From NCBI GenBank assembly GCA_963781585.1, contig CAWAGQ010000017.1, forward strand, positions 1 through 64,000: DNA of 64,000 bases, in the 5' to 3' direction. The stretch comes from an uncultured Gemmatimonadaceae bacterium (lineage in GTDB: Bacteria; Gemmatimonadota; Gemmatimonadetes; Gemmatimonadales; Gemmatimonadaceae). Each line of letters starts with the position of its first letter. The stretch's first letter is position 1. Positions 45,461 through 55,302 of the stretch are shown here, one piece after another. The notes below the pieces were generated by a model. That model saw only the letters and a list, made by a program, of their open reading frames with translations. It was not told the origin of the DNA and searched no databases. Both the position numbers and the translations under genes were made by a program.

Positions 45461-45558
45461 TTCATGCCGCAGGGCCAGCACGGGATCGAGCCGCGCGGGC
45501 TCATGCCATGGGAGAGTCCCGATGCGACTTCATGCCATGGGAGAGTCCCGATGCGGGT
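45461..45558 (-). pseudogene. remnant of an ADOP permease downstream of padR
   Basis: The minus strand reads PARLDPVLALRHE (ADOP C-terminal motif), preceded by a duplicated 26-bp segment containing ATG. Confidence 0.55.
45501..45555. repeat. 26-bp direct repeat, period 29
   Basis: TCATGCCATGGGAGAGTCCCGATGCG at 45501-45526 and 45530-45555. Confidence 0.9.
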
Positions 45559-45894
45559 TCAGGCGTATCGCAGGAGACGGCCAACCCCCTGCGTGAGGCG
45601 GGCCCAGCTCTCCTGTTCGGCGAGGAGTTGCTTGCGGCCGGCGGCGGTCAGCGAGTAGAAGCGTGCCTGGCGGTTCTTCTCGGTGGTTCCCCAGGCGCCC
45701 TTGATCCAGCCCTCCTGCTCCATCCGGTGCAGTGCGGGGTAGAGAGATCCCTCCTCGACGCGCAGAAGATTGTCCGACCCGGCCTGAATGTGCTGCGTAA
45801 TGGCGTACCCGTGCAGGCCGCCGCGGACCGAGAGGGTTCTGAGGATGAGGAGGGAGAGCGTTCCCTGGAGGATGTCGTTCCTGGGTCGTGACAT
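45559..45894 (-). CDS. PadR-family transcriptional regulator (Acidobacteria-type)
   Basis: LQGTLSLLILRTL, HGYAI, EEGSLYPALHRME, ARFYSLTAAGRKQL. Confidence 0.92.
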   Translation of the reverse strand: MSRPRNDILQGTLSLLILRTLSVRGGLHGYAITQHIQAGSDNLLRVEEGSLYPALHRMEQEGWIKGAWGTTEKNRQARFYSLTAAGRKQLLAEQESWARLTQGVGRLLRYA

Positions 45895-46090
45895 TGGGCG
45901 CCCCATTCAGCTATGCATAACTAGCTATGTAATCATGACGTCGTGCTTCCCCATTGTCAAATGAACGTCCTGCCCGGGCGACCGGCTCCGTCCGCATGAC
46001 GAAGGACCGCGCCGGCAATTCTGCCCATGGGCGCCCGGCCCCGGCTGCGGGGAGACGTGGCCGGCACGCCGGACGTACCCTTCGACAGCC

Positions 46091-46672
46091 ATGATATCTC
46101 CTGCCGCTGTCCTGTCCCTTCTCTGGATCGCCTGGCTCCTCGTCTGGGCGGTTGCCGCCATGACGACGGGGAAAACCGTGGTCCGGCAGTCGATGGGCTC
46201 CCGGCTCGCCCATTCCATCTTCATCTGGGGTGGCGCCATCCTCCTGTTCACGGACTCGCCCGGTCTCGGCGCATTGGGCCGCCGAATGCTTCCCGACCGG
46301 ATGTGGCCCGGCTGGGCAGGCGTCGTGGTGGCGGTCATCGGTCTGGGATTCACGAGTTGGGCGCGGGTGCATCTCGGCCGGCTCTGGAGTGGGACAGTCA
46401 CGCTGAAGCAAGAACACGCCATCATCCGGACCGGGCCGTACGCGGTCACCCGCCATCCGATCTACAGCGGACTTCTGCTCGCGCTCGCGGGCAGCGTCGT
46501 GGTGCGCGGCACACCGGCGTCGCTCATCGGATGCGCGCTGATCGCGGTCGGAGTGATGATCAAGGTGCGGCAGGAGGAAACTCTGCTGCTGCGGCACTTC
46601 GGCGACGGATATCGCGGCTATCAGGCTGCGGTGCCGGCGCTCGTTCCCCGCCTGCTCCGGCGACACGCCTGA
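46091..46672 (+). CDS. isoprenylcysteine carboxyl methyltransferase (ICMT/Ste14) family membrane protein
   Basis: WARVHLGRLWS, IRTGPYAVTRHPIYSG, EETLL..FG..Y..Y...VP. Confidence 0.88.
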   Translation: MISPAAVLSLLWIAWLLVWAVAAMTTGKTVVRQSMGSRLAHSIFIWGGAILLFTDSPGLGALGRRMLPDRMWPGWAGVVVAVIGLGFTSWARVHLGRLWSGTVTLKQEHAIIRTGPYAVTRHPIYSGLLLALAGSVVVRGTPASLIGCALIAVGVMIKVRQEETLLLRHFGDGYRGYQAAVPALVPRLLRRHA

Positions 46673-46848
46673 CGAGATCCGACCGGGCGCGCCGGCGACC
46701 GCGGTCGGCACGGCTCACCGCGGGAGCGCTCGTTCCCACGCAGCGCCTGCGCGGCGCCACTCGGCGGAGCGATATTCCCTGGGCAACGTTGCCGCTTCGG
46801 CTCGTCTCGCCTGCCGGTTGCGGCGCCTTCAGCCGGGAGGATGGTTCC

Positions 46849-47460
46849 ATGCACCGCGCGAATGATCCACGCTCACGCCGCGATTTCGTGGCCGGCGTCG
46901 GACAACTGGCGACGGCGGTCGCCCTGGGCGGGTATGCGATGCCCGGATCCACTGCGGCGGGCACTCCAGGTGTGGCGCGACCGTCGCCGGTGCCTGACGA
47001 GTGGGACCTGTCGTGGATCGACCGCCTTGCCACCGCGACCGACCGCGCCGTCTTCGACTGGCCCAGCCTCGGCAACCCGTCGGACCCCATCGTGCTGGAG
47101 ATCGCCGCGCGCTACCTCGACAACTGCGCCGCCGCGTACGGGTCGCAGCGATATGAAGCGCGCGCGGTCCTGAACATACGAACGACCGCCGTGCCGGCAG
47201 CGCTCAATGACGAGGCCTGGCAACGTCATGCGCTGGGCGTCGAGTACAAGATTTCCGATCCGTTCACGCAGCAGCCCGCAGTCCGGAATCCCTTCTGGCA
47301 TCGCGCGCCGGCTCCGTTGCCCGGGGTGACGTTGCCCAGCCTCACGGAGGCTGACGCGCTACGATCCGCCGTCGGATCGGCAGGCAGGCGATTACCTTGG
47401 GGGAAACAGCCCTTCCTGCCATGCCTGCTCCCCTCTCGCGAAGCCTCCTCGATCGGATGA
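46849..47460 (+). pseudogene. Tat-signal protein (DsrE-like family), probably C-terminally truncated
   Basis: SRRDFV Tat motif; WDLSWIDRL, RAVFD, ALNDEAW..LG and RNPF motifs; the ORF tail runs into the xfp start region without a recognisable family C-terminus. Confidence 0.5.
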
Positions 47461-49841
47461 ACGCCTACTGGCGCGCCGCGAACTATCTGTCGGTCGGCCA
47501 GATCTACCTGTTCGACAACCCGCTGCTGAAACAGCCCCTGAGACCGGCCCACATCAAGCCGCGGCTGCTGGGCCATTGGGGCACCACCCCCGGCCTGAAC
47601 TTCATCTACGTCCATCTCAACCGCGTCATCACTCGTTATGACCTGGATATGCTGCTGGTGGTCGGGCCGGGTCATGGCGGTCCGGGCATCGTGGCGAACA
47701 CCTACCTCGAAGGGACCTACAGCGAACTCTATCCGAACGTCTCGCCCGACGAGCCGGGGATGAAGCGTCTCTTCACGCAGTTCTCGTTTCCCGGCGGCAT
47801 TCCCAGCCATTGCGCGCCCGAGACGCCGGGGTCGATCAACGAGGGCGGTGAACTCGGCTACAGCCTGGCGCACGCGTTCGGTGCGGCGTTCGACAATCCG
47901 AACCTCCTGGTCGCGTGCATCATCGGCGACGGTGAAGCGGAGACCGGCGCCCTCGCCACCTCGTGGCACTCGAACAAGTTCCTCAACCCCGAGCGCGACG
48001 GCGCGGTACTGCCGATCCTGCACCTCAACGGCTACAAGATCGCGAATCCGACGGTGCTGGCGCGCATCGATCGGGAAGAGCTGGGACGGATGCTGCGCGG
48101 CTGCGGGTACGAGCCGATCTTCATTGGAGGGCACGAGCCGGCGAAGATGCACCAGTTGATGGCGGCGGCGCTGGACCGGGCCGTGAAGCGGATCAGGACG
48201 ATCCAGTCGGACGCGCGGGCCACGGGATTCCGGCACCGTCCCGTCTGGCCGGTGATCGTCCTCGCCACACCCAAGGGATGGACCGGTCCAAAGATCGTCG
48301 ACGGGGTGCGGGTGGAAGGAACGTTTCGCGCGCATCAGGTGCCGCTGGCCGAAGTCCGTACCAGACCGCGGCACCTCCGCATGCTCGAGCGCTGGATGAA
48401 GAGCTACCGGCCGCGCGAACTGTTCGACGCGAACGGCACGTTCCGCTCCGAGCTGGCTGCGCTCGCGCCAAAGGGTGACCGACGTTTGGGTGCGAACCCG
48501 CACGCCAACGGCGGCCTGCTGCTGCGCGATCTGCGGATGCCCGACTTTCGCGACTACGCCGTCGCCGTCTCCAGGCCCGGCCTGGTCCGCGCCGAGGCGA
48601 CGCGCATCACCGGCGCGTTCCTGCGCGACGTGATGAAGGCAAACTGGGACGACCGCAACTTCCGGGTCTTTGGCGCCGACGAGACCGCGTCCAATCGCCT
48701 CACGCATCTGTTCGACATTACCGACCGCGAATCGACCGCCGAGATTCTCAGGAGCGACGACCACGTGTCGCCGGATGGGCGCGTGATGGAGGTGCTGAGC
48801 GAGCACCTGTGCCAGGGATGGCTCGAGGGATACCTCCTGACCGGGCGCCACGGCTTCTTCTCGTGCTACGAGGCCTTCATCCACATCGTCGATTCGATGT
48901 TCAACCAGCACGCGAAGTGGCTCAAGGTCACGCGCACGATCCCCTGGCGGCGGCCGATCGCGTCGCTGAACTACCTGCTCACGTCGCACGTCTGGCGACA
49001 GGATCACAACGGCTTCAGCCATCAGGATCCCGGTTTCATCGATCACGTGGTCAACAAGAAGGCGGATGTGATCCGGATCTACCTGCCGCCCGACGCGAAC
49101 TCGCTGCTCTCGGTGGTGGACCACTGCCTGCGGAGTCGCCACTACGTGAACGTGATCGTTGCCGGGAAACAACCCGAGCTGCAGTGGCTCGACATGGACG
49201 AGGCAATCCGGCACTGCACCGCCGGGATCGGCATCTTCGAGTGGGCGAGCACCGATCGAGGCGGCGAACCCGATGTGGTGATGGCGTGCGCCGGCGATGT
49301 CCCCACGCTCGAGACCCTGGCGGCCGTGCAACTGCTGCGGCTCGAGTTCCCCGCACTCAAGGTGCGGGTGGTCAACGTGGTGGATCTGATGACGCTCCAG
49401 CCGCAGAGCGAGCATCCGCACGGCCTGAGCGACCGGGACTTCGACACGCTGTTCACCGCGAGCAAGCCGATCATCTTCGCGTTTCACGGCTACCCGTGGC
49501 TCATCCACCGACTGACGTATCGCCGGACGAATCACGACAATCTCCACGTCCGCGGCTACAAGGAGGAAGGAACGACCACCACCCCGTTCGACATGGTGGT
49601 GATGAACGATCTGGACCGGTTTCACCTGGTGAGCGACGTGATCGACCGGGTCCCTCAACTGGGGCCGCGTGCCGCATACGTGAAGCAGTTCATCCGCGAC
49701 AAGCTGCTGGACCACAAGCGCTACGTGCAGACGTACGGCCAGGACATGCCGGAGATCCGCGACTGGCACTGGGGCGCCGGCGTCCGTGCCCCGTTGGCAC
49801 CAGGAGGGCGTCGCCGGACGACCGCGAGCCGGGCGCGTTGA
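47421..49841 (+). CDS. xfp: xylulose-5-phosphate/fructose-6-phosphate phosphoketolase
   Basis: [56 protein letters not shown]. Confidence 0.95.
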   Translation: MPAPLSRSLLDRMNAYWRAANYLSVGQIYLFDNPLLKQPLRPAHIKPRLLGHWGTTPGLNFIYVHLNRVITRYDLDMLLVVGPGHGGPGIVANTYLEGTYSELYPNVSPDEPGMKRLFTQFSFPGGIPSHCAPETPGSINEGGELGYSLAHAFGAAFDNPNLLVACIIGDGEAETGALATSWHSNKFLNPERDGAVLPILHLNGYKIANPTVLARIDREELGRMLRGCGYEPIFIGGHEPAKMHQLMAAALDRAVKRIRTIQSDARATGFRHRPVWPVIVLATPKGWTGPKIVDGVRVEGTFRAHQVPLAEVRTRPRHLRMLERWMKSYRPRELFDANGTFRSELAALAPKGDRRLGANPHANGGLLLRDLRMPDFRDYAVAVSRPGLVRAEATRITGAFLRDVMKANWDDRNFRVFGADETASNRLTHLFDITDRESTAEILRSDDHVSPDGRVMEVLSEHLCQGWLEGYLLTGRHGFFSCYEAFIHIVDSMFNQHAKWLKVTRTIPWRRPIASLNYLLTSHVWRQDHNGFSHQDPGFIDHVVNKKADVIRIYLPPDANSLLSVVDHCLRSRHYVNVIVAGKQPELQWLDMDEAIRHCTAGIGIFEWASTDRGGEPDVVMACAGDVPTLETLAAVQLLRLEFPALKVRVVNVVDLMTLQPQSEHPHGLSDRDFDTLFTASKPIIFAFHGYPWLIHRLTYRRTNHDNLHVRGYKEEGTTTTPFDMVVMNDLDRFHLVSDVIDRVPQLGPRAAYVKQFIRDKLLDHKRYVQTYGQDMPEIRDWHWGAGVRAPLAPGGRRRTTASRAR

Positions 49842-49843
49842 CG

Positions 49844-50512
49844 ATGGAAGGCGATCTGGTCTTTCTCCTCGACGTGGATAACACGCTGCTCGACAACGAC
49901 GTCATCGAGCAGGACCTGCGGCGTCATCTCGATGCGGCGTTCGGCGCGACATGCGAAGCACAGTACTGGCGGATCTTCGAGCAGCTTCGCTCGGAGCTCG
50001 GATACGCCGACTACCTGGGCGCGCTGCAGCGATACCGGCTGGAGCACACCCACGACCCCCGGATCCTGACGATCTCGCTGTTCCTGCTGGATTACCCGTT
50101 TGCCGAGCGGCTGTACGCCGGAGCGATCGAGGTGATCGACCGCCTTCGCCACCACGGCACGGTGGTCATCGTGTCGGACGGCGACGTCGTCTTTCAGCCG
50201 CGGAAGATCGAGCGGTCGGGCCTGTGGAACGCCGTGACCGGCAACGTCCTGATCTACATCCATAAGGAGCAGATGCTCGACGACATCGCGCAGCGATACC
50301 CGGCCCGCCATTACGTGATGGTCGACGACAAGCTGCGCATCCACTCGGCGATCAAACAGAGCTGGGGCGAGCGGGTGACGACCGTGTTCGTACGCCAGGG
50401 CCACTACGCACTCGATCGGTCGGTGGTCGCGCGTTACCCGGCGGCCGACCGGACGGTGGAGCGGATTGCCGACCTGGACTGGGACGCTACGTCGATTCGC
50501 GATCGCCGCTGA
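49844..50512 (+). CDS. HAD-superfamily hydrolase
   Basis: LLDVDNTLLD, SDGD..FQPRK and MVDDK motifs. Confidence 0.85.
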   Translation: MEGDLVFLLDVDNTLLDNDVIEQDLRRHLDAAFGATCEAQYWRIFEQLRSELGYADYLGALQRYRLEHTHDPRILTISLFLLDYPFAERLYAGAIEVIDRLRHHGTVVIVSDGDVVFQPRKIERSGLWNAVTGNVLIYIHKEQMLDDIAQRYPARHYVMVDDKLRIHSAIKQSWGERVTTVFVRQGHYALDRSVVARYPAADRTVERIADLDWDATSIRDRR

Positions 50513-51674
50513 ACAGGAGACGCCGCGCGTGCCTGGCGAGGACGAGATCCTCGTTGGTCTGCATCACCCGCACGGCGACCTGGCTCGTGTCGGACGAGAT
50601 GACCGCGCCATGGGTCGCGTTTCGACCGGCGTCAATGTCTATCCCGAATGCACCCAGGCCCGCCGCGATCCGGTCGCGAATGATGGGGCTGTGTTCGCCG
50701 ATCCCTCCGGTGAACACCAGCGTATCCAGACCGCCGAGTACGGCCAGGAGTGAGCCAACCGCTTTCTTCGCGAGATAGCAGAACAGGGCGACGGCCGCGG
50801 CCGCGCGCGGATCAGTCGCTTCGCGCTCGAGCAGATCATGCATGTCGCTGGTGGTGCCCGAGACGCCCAGCAGTCCCGCTTCGGCGTTCACCAGGCGGTT
50901 CAGTGCCGGCGCTTTCAGTCGCTCGCGGCGGAGCGCGTAGAGCAGAACCCCCGGATCGAGATCGCCGGTACGCGTTCCCATCATCAGCCCGCCGGCGGGG
51001 GAGAATCCCATCGTCGTATCGATGCTCCGGCCGCGATACACGGCCGTCATGCTGGCGCCGTTGCCGAGATGGGCGATGATCAGGCGGCTGTCAGCTGCGC
51101 GCGGGTCGTTCGTGCGCAGCGCCGACACGATGTACTCGCACGACAGACCGTGAAATCCATAGCGGCGCACGCCGGCCTCCTCGAAGCGCGACGGCAGGGG
51201 GTACATCCGCGCGACCGACGGCAGCGTGCGATGGAACGCCGTGTCGAAGCACGCGACCTGCGGAACCCGCCGATAGCTGCGGCCGATGGAGCGGATGGCG
51301 AGGAGGGTCTGCGGCAGGTGGTCGGGATCGACCGCGACGAGCCGGCGCAGCTCGCGCACGACATCGGGCGTGATGCGTTGCGGTTCGGTGTAGTCGCCAC
51401 CGTGCACCACGCGATGGGCGACCGCGTGCACGGGGTGCAGATCGGACTCCTGACGCAGCCAGTGGAGCACGGCATCGAGCGCGGCGGCGTGATCGATGCT
51501 GCCGAGTCGATGATCACGGGCGGGCTGCCCGGATGGACCGGTGGTGTGGAGGCGGCCGTCCGGCGTGCCGATGCGATCGACCTGCGCGACCGCGAGCGGT
51601 TCGTCCGAGTCGCTCGCGGTGTAGACTGCCGCCTTCAGGCTCGATGACCCGGCGTTGAGCGTGAGGATGCGCAT
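50487..51674 (-). CDS. ackA: acetate kinase
   Basis: LNAGSSSLK, HRVVHGG, FDTAFH, RRYGFHGLS, HLGNGAS, MGTRTGDLDPG, FTGGIGE. Confidence 0.93.
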   Translation of the reverse strand: MRILTLNAGSSSLKAAVYTASDSDEPLAVAQVDRIGTPDGRLHTTGPSGQPARDHRLGSIDHAAALDAVLHWLRQESDLHPVHAVAHRVVHGGDYTEPQRITPDVVRELRRLVAVDPDHLPQTLLAIRSIGRSYRRVPQVACFDTAFHRTLPSVARMYPLPSRFEEAGVRRYGFHGLSCEYIVSALRTNDPRAADSRLIIAHLGNGASMTAVYRGRSIDTTMGFSPAGGLMMGTRTGDLDPGVLLYALRRERLKAPALNRLVNAEAGLLGVSGTTSDMHDLLEREATDPRAAAAVALFCYLAKKAVGSLLAVLGGLDTLVFTGGIGEHSPIIRDRIAAGLGAFGIDIDAGRNATHGAVISSDTSQVAVRVMQTNEDLVLARHARRLLFSGDREST

Positions 51675-51800
51675 CAGGGAAGATAGATGCGCGCCAGCGC
51701 CAGTGCCTCCCGTTCTCCGAACTGACCCAATGCGTTGGATGCCATCGCAAACACGAGTTGCTCGCGCGGGAGATCCGGCCCACCGGCGCCGACGACCGCG

Positions 51801-54212
51801 TCAGTCGCTGCGAATCGCCTGCACCGGATCGACCCGCGCCGCACGCCGCGCCGGCAGCCAGCTGGACAGCAGCGCCGTGACCAGGAGGGCGAGCGACACC
51901 GCAGCATAGGTCCGGAGGTCGGTGGGGCTCACGCCGTAGACCAGGGTTCGCACCCCACGCGACACCGCGCCCGCCGCCATCACGCCTAACGCCACGCCCG
52001 CCAGCGCATAGATGACACCCTGGCGGAGCACCATCGCCGTCACACTGCTGCGGCCGGCGCCCAACGCAATGCGAATGCCGATCTCGCGCACCCGGCTGCT
52101 CACGGCATAGTTGACCACCCCGTACACACCCACGGCCCCCAGCGCGAGGCCGACCGCCGCGAACAGCGACAGCAGCAGCATGACCACCCGTCGCTGCGCC
52201 ACCGACGTCCAGACCAGACGCGAAAGTGGCTGAACATCCGAGATCGGTACTTGCGGCGAGATCGCGGCCACGCGCGCGTACACCGCACGGGCCAGCGCCA
52301 CCGGGTCGCCGGCGGTGCGGGCGACGATCGCCATCGCCCACTGCGGCATCTGCCGCTCGGAGACGTAGAACTCAGGGCGCGGCTCGTCGCTCAGCGCGGC
52401 GTAACGGACATCGCCGACCACCCCGACGATGGTGGCGGGGCGCGCCGTGGCCGGCGTACCGATGCGAATCCGCTTTCCCACGGCCGATTCACCCGGGAAC
52501 TCCTGCCGCGCGAACGTCGCGTTCACAAGCGCGACCAGCGGCGCCGTGGCGTCGTCGCGTACGTCGAAGTCGCGCCCCTCGAGCAGCCGGATCCCCATGG
52601 TGCGGAGGTAGTCGCCGGCAATGGTGCGCCACCCAGGACTGAACGGCGTCGCGCCGGGCACGGGCGGACGCCCGTCGATCTCCACCGTGTAGTGCCAGTC
52701 GAATCCGGTGAGCGGAAGGTGTTGGGTGGCACCGGCCGCAGTCACGCCCGGCACGGCGCGCACGCTGTCGATCACCGCGAGAAAATACCGCACGCGCTCT
52801 TCGGCACTCGCGAACCCCGCGCCGCTCGGCTGCACGCGCAGACTGAGGACATGATCGGCCCGGAACCCGGGATCGACGCGCGACAACCGCCACATGGTCT
52901 GGAGCATCAGGCCCGCGCCGATCACCAGCACCACCGCCAGGGCTACCTCCGCCACCACCAGACCGCTCCGCACGCCGCGGCCGAGCACGCCGCGCTCCCG
53001 CGCGCGCCCTCCCCGCAACGCCGGCTGCAGATCCTGCCGGCTGCCGAGCACCGCCGGCGCCAACCCGAACAGCAGGCCGATGCCTAACGTGACGGCGGCG
53101 CAGACGCCGAGCACGGGCCAGTCCACGGCAATCCCTGCCAGACGCGGCACGTCGGGCGGGAGCAGGCCCTTGAGCACCTTCACCCCGGCCACGCCCAGGG
53201 CGAGTCCCAGCAGGCCTCCGCCCAGCGCCAGCACCACCGACTCGATCAGCATCTGCGCAACGATCCGCCGCCGGCTGGCGCCGATCGCGCTCCGGACGGC
53301 CATCTCCAGATGACGGCCGCCGGCGCGCGCCAGCAGCAGATTGCCCACGTTGGCGCCGGCGATGAGGACGATGAATCCCACCGCGCCGAGGAGCACGAGC
53401 AGCATCGGCCGCATCGATCCGACCAGCGAGTCCCGCAGCGAGACAATGGTGAAATCGGCGCCGTACCGATCCGGGAAGTTGAACGTGCGCCGCAGATCAG
53501 GAACAAGGGACTGGAATTCGTCGGCCGCGGTGCGCGCCGTCGCGCCGCTCACCAGCCGGCCGACCAGCAGCGCCACGCTCGCCGTGTAGAACCGGGCTGC
53601 GGGATCGATCTCGAGCGGCAGCCAGATCTGCGCATCCTGCTGGAAGATCGAGAACCCCGCCGGCATCACGCCGATGACCGTGCGCGTCTCCCCGTCGAGC
53701 ACGATCGACCGGCCGACGACGGTCGAGTCACCGCCGAACTGCGAGACCCACAACTCGTGACTGAGTACCGCCACACCGGGCGTGCCGGGAGCGGACTCGC
53801 CGCTGGCAAACGTGCGGCCGAGCAGCGGCTTCGCGCCCAGGACCGCAAAGAAGTTGGTGGACGTTCGCGCCCCGGAGAGCTGCACCGCCCGGTCCGGAAA
53901 CGACAGGGCGATCCCCCACCCCGGACTGAACGACGCGATCTTCCCGTCGTAGCTGCGCGCATGCTGCTGGAGATAGTCCAGCTCGGCGGCCGACGTGAAG
54001 TGGCCCGGCCACACCGCCACGAGTCTGGACGGCGCGGGGTACGGCAGCGGCGAAAGGAGGATGCCGTTCACCGCGCTGAACACCGCGGTGTTCACCCCGA
54101 TGCCGAGGGCAAGGGTCGCGAGCGCCACGGTGGTGAAGGCCGGTGCGCGACGCAGGGTGCGCAGGGCGAAGCGGACGTCCTGTCGGAGGTGGTCGAGGCT
54201 GACGGAGCGCAT
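51801..54212 (-). CDS. ADOP/MacB-FtsX family duplicated ABC permease
   Basis: QDVRFALRTL, GVNTAVFS, ANVGNLLLAR, REIGIRIALGA, PARRAARVDP. Confidence 0.9.
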   Translation of the reverse strand: MRSVSLDHLRQDVRFALRTLRRAPAFTTVALATLALGIGVNTAVFSAVNGILLSPLPYPAPSRLVAVWPGHFTSAAELDYLQQHARSYDGKIASFSPGWGIALSFPDRAVQLSGARTSTNFFAVLGAKPLLGRTFASGESAPGTPGVAVLSHELWVSQFGGDSTVVGRSIVLDGETRTVIGVMPAGFSIFQQDAQIWLPLEIDPAARFYTASVALLVGRLVSGATARTAADEFQSLVPDLRRTFNFPDRYGADFTIVSLRDSLVGSMRPMLLVLLGAVGFIVLIAGANVGNLLLARAGGRHLEMAVRSAIGASRRRIVAQMLIESVVLALGGGLLGLALGVAGVKVLKGLLPPDVPRLAGIAVDWPVLGVCAAVTLGIGLLFGLAPAVLGSRQDLQPALRGGRARERGVLGRGVRSGLVVAEVALAVVLVIGAGLMLQTMWRLSRVDPGFRADHVLSLRVQPSGAGFASAEERVRYFLAVIDSVRAVPGVTAAGATQHLPLTGFDWHYTVEIDGRPPVPGATPFSPGWRTIAGDYLRTMGIRLLEGRDFDVRDDATAPLVALVNATFARQEFPGESAVGKRIRIGTPATARPATIVGVVGDVRYAALSDEPRPEFYVSERQMPQWAMAIVARTAGDPVALARAVYARVAAISPQVPISDVQPLSRLVWTSVAQRRVVMLLLSLFAAVGLALGAVGVYGVVNYAVSSRVREIGIRIALGAGRSSVTAMVLRQGVIYALAGVALGVMAAGAVSRGVRTLVYGVSPTDLRTYAAVSLALLVTALLSSWLPARRAARVDPVQAIRSD

Positions 54213-54327
54213 GGATCGCCCTCGGGGGGGAGGAGGTCTTCCCGATCTCGGGTCTCAGGCAATGTCCCCATGCGACAGCGGGTGTCGCCGGATGGTTGGC
54301 CCGTCGCCGCGACCGCCCGGGCGACCC

Positions 54328-54666
54328 CTACGTCCCCTGCAACAGTGCCTGTTGCTCGCGGAGGTGTTCCGCTGCCCGTTCGATCCGGGCCGCTCGATAG
54401 CGGACGAGAATGAAGTAGGTGAGAACGACCAGAAAGGCGATGTCGTTGGCCCTCAGTCCGGTGACGTAGCGGGGGTCGACGGTGCTGGGTGATGACTGCG
54501 TCTGGTGCAGGGTACGCCACCACCGTACCGACATGTAGACGATGGGAACATCGAGGGCACCGATCAGTCCGACTGCGGCGCTCCACTGCGCCCGCCGGTC
54601 GTAGTCGTCGACGAAGGAGCGCAGCGTTCCCGGGGGCAGCGTGGCGGCGAGTTCCGGTTGAGCCAT
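54328..54666 (-). pseudogene. ccmC: heme exporter/cytochrome c maturation CcmC fragment (C-terminal third)
   Basis: LRSFVDD..RRA..SA..G..G..DVPIVYMSVRWWRTLHQ motif; the WWD loop and N-terminal TMs are missing. Confidence 0.75.
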
Positions 54667-54702
54667 GAGACCATCCTGCATCGTCCGCGGCGCCCGGTCA
54701 AC

Positions 54703-55302
54703 TCAGACGAACGAGGTCCCGGCCTCGAAGCTCGTGCGCACCGAGGCCAACCCGACACCGGTGGCCAGTTGATAGTGCGGCAGGTCGACGAACGACGTCC
54801 AGTCACCGCCCCACTCGATGCCCGGTGCCTTCCCGACGGCCGCTGCCTGTCGGTACAACGGAGAGTTGCCCAGGTATTTCCCGTGGTCGAAGATGCCGAT
54901 GTCCCAGGCGATGCCGAAGTTGTGGTTGCTGAATCCGCCGCGTGCGTTGGTCACGATCGAGGCGGCGTCTCCGAATCGCCCCTTCCGGTACAGGACATCC
55001 TGCTCGGCGTAGGTGCGGGTTCCGGAGAGAATGCGGGCGGGGATTCCCGCCGCCAGCACGCGCCTCATGAAGGCGCGGGCCTGGCGCTGGGCCGAAGGCT
55101 GCAGGGTGCGGAGATGTCGCTCGGTCGTGCTGTCGAATTCCCCGAGCTGCGCGGCGATGGCGGCCGACACGGCCTCGAACTGGTTGACGGCGTCATCGGT
55201 CGTGGCTTCCCAGATGCCGTCGATGCGCCCGCCGTAGAAGCCCGAGCACTTCAGGAAGCGCTGCAGGAAGGTCACGTCCTCCGCGAACAGCTGGAGACTC
55301 AT
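54703..55302 (-). CDS. M15 metallopeptidase (L-Ala-D-Glu endopeptidase-like) with N-terminal peptidoglycan-binding-like domain
   Basis: LQRFL...GFY.G.IDGIW...T..AV..F; RT..EQ..LY..GR; SNHNFGIAWD; WGGDW..FVDLPHYQ. Confidence 0.85.
   Translation of the reverse strand: MSLQLFAEDVTFLQRFLKCSGFYGGRIDGIWEATTDDAVNQFEAVSAAIAAQLGEFDSTTERHLRTLQPSAQRQARAFMRRVLAAGIPARILSGTRTYAEQDVLYRKGRFGDAASIVTNARGGFSNHNFGIAWDIGIFDHGKYLGNSPLYRQAAAVGKAPGIEWGGDWTSFVDLPHYQLATGVGLASVRTSFEAGTSFV

Noticed and set aside
45501..45555. 26-bp direct repeat as a mini-CRISPR or att site
   Set aside because: There are only two copies, 3 bp apart, and no cas or integrase; a slippage or deletion scar explains it better.
47226..49769. 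Long antisense ORF (847 aa) and similar long shadow ORFs (e.g. 10319-12100, 14324-16240, 39067-41094)
   Set aside because: They mirror real genes; stop codons are scarce at this GC content and the ORFs have no recognisable motifs.
54703..55302. Prophage lysis cassette
   Set aside because: No holin, spanin, structural or integrase genes lie nearby.
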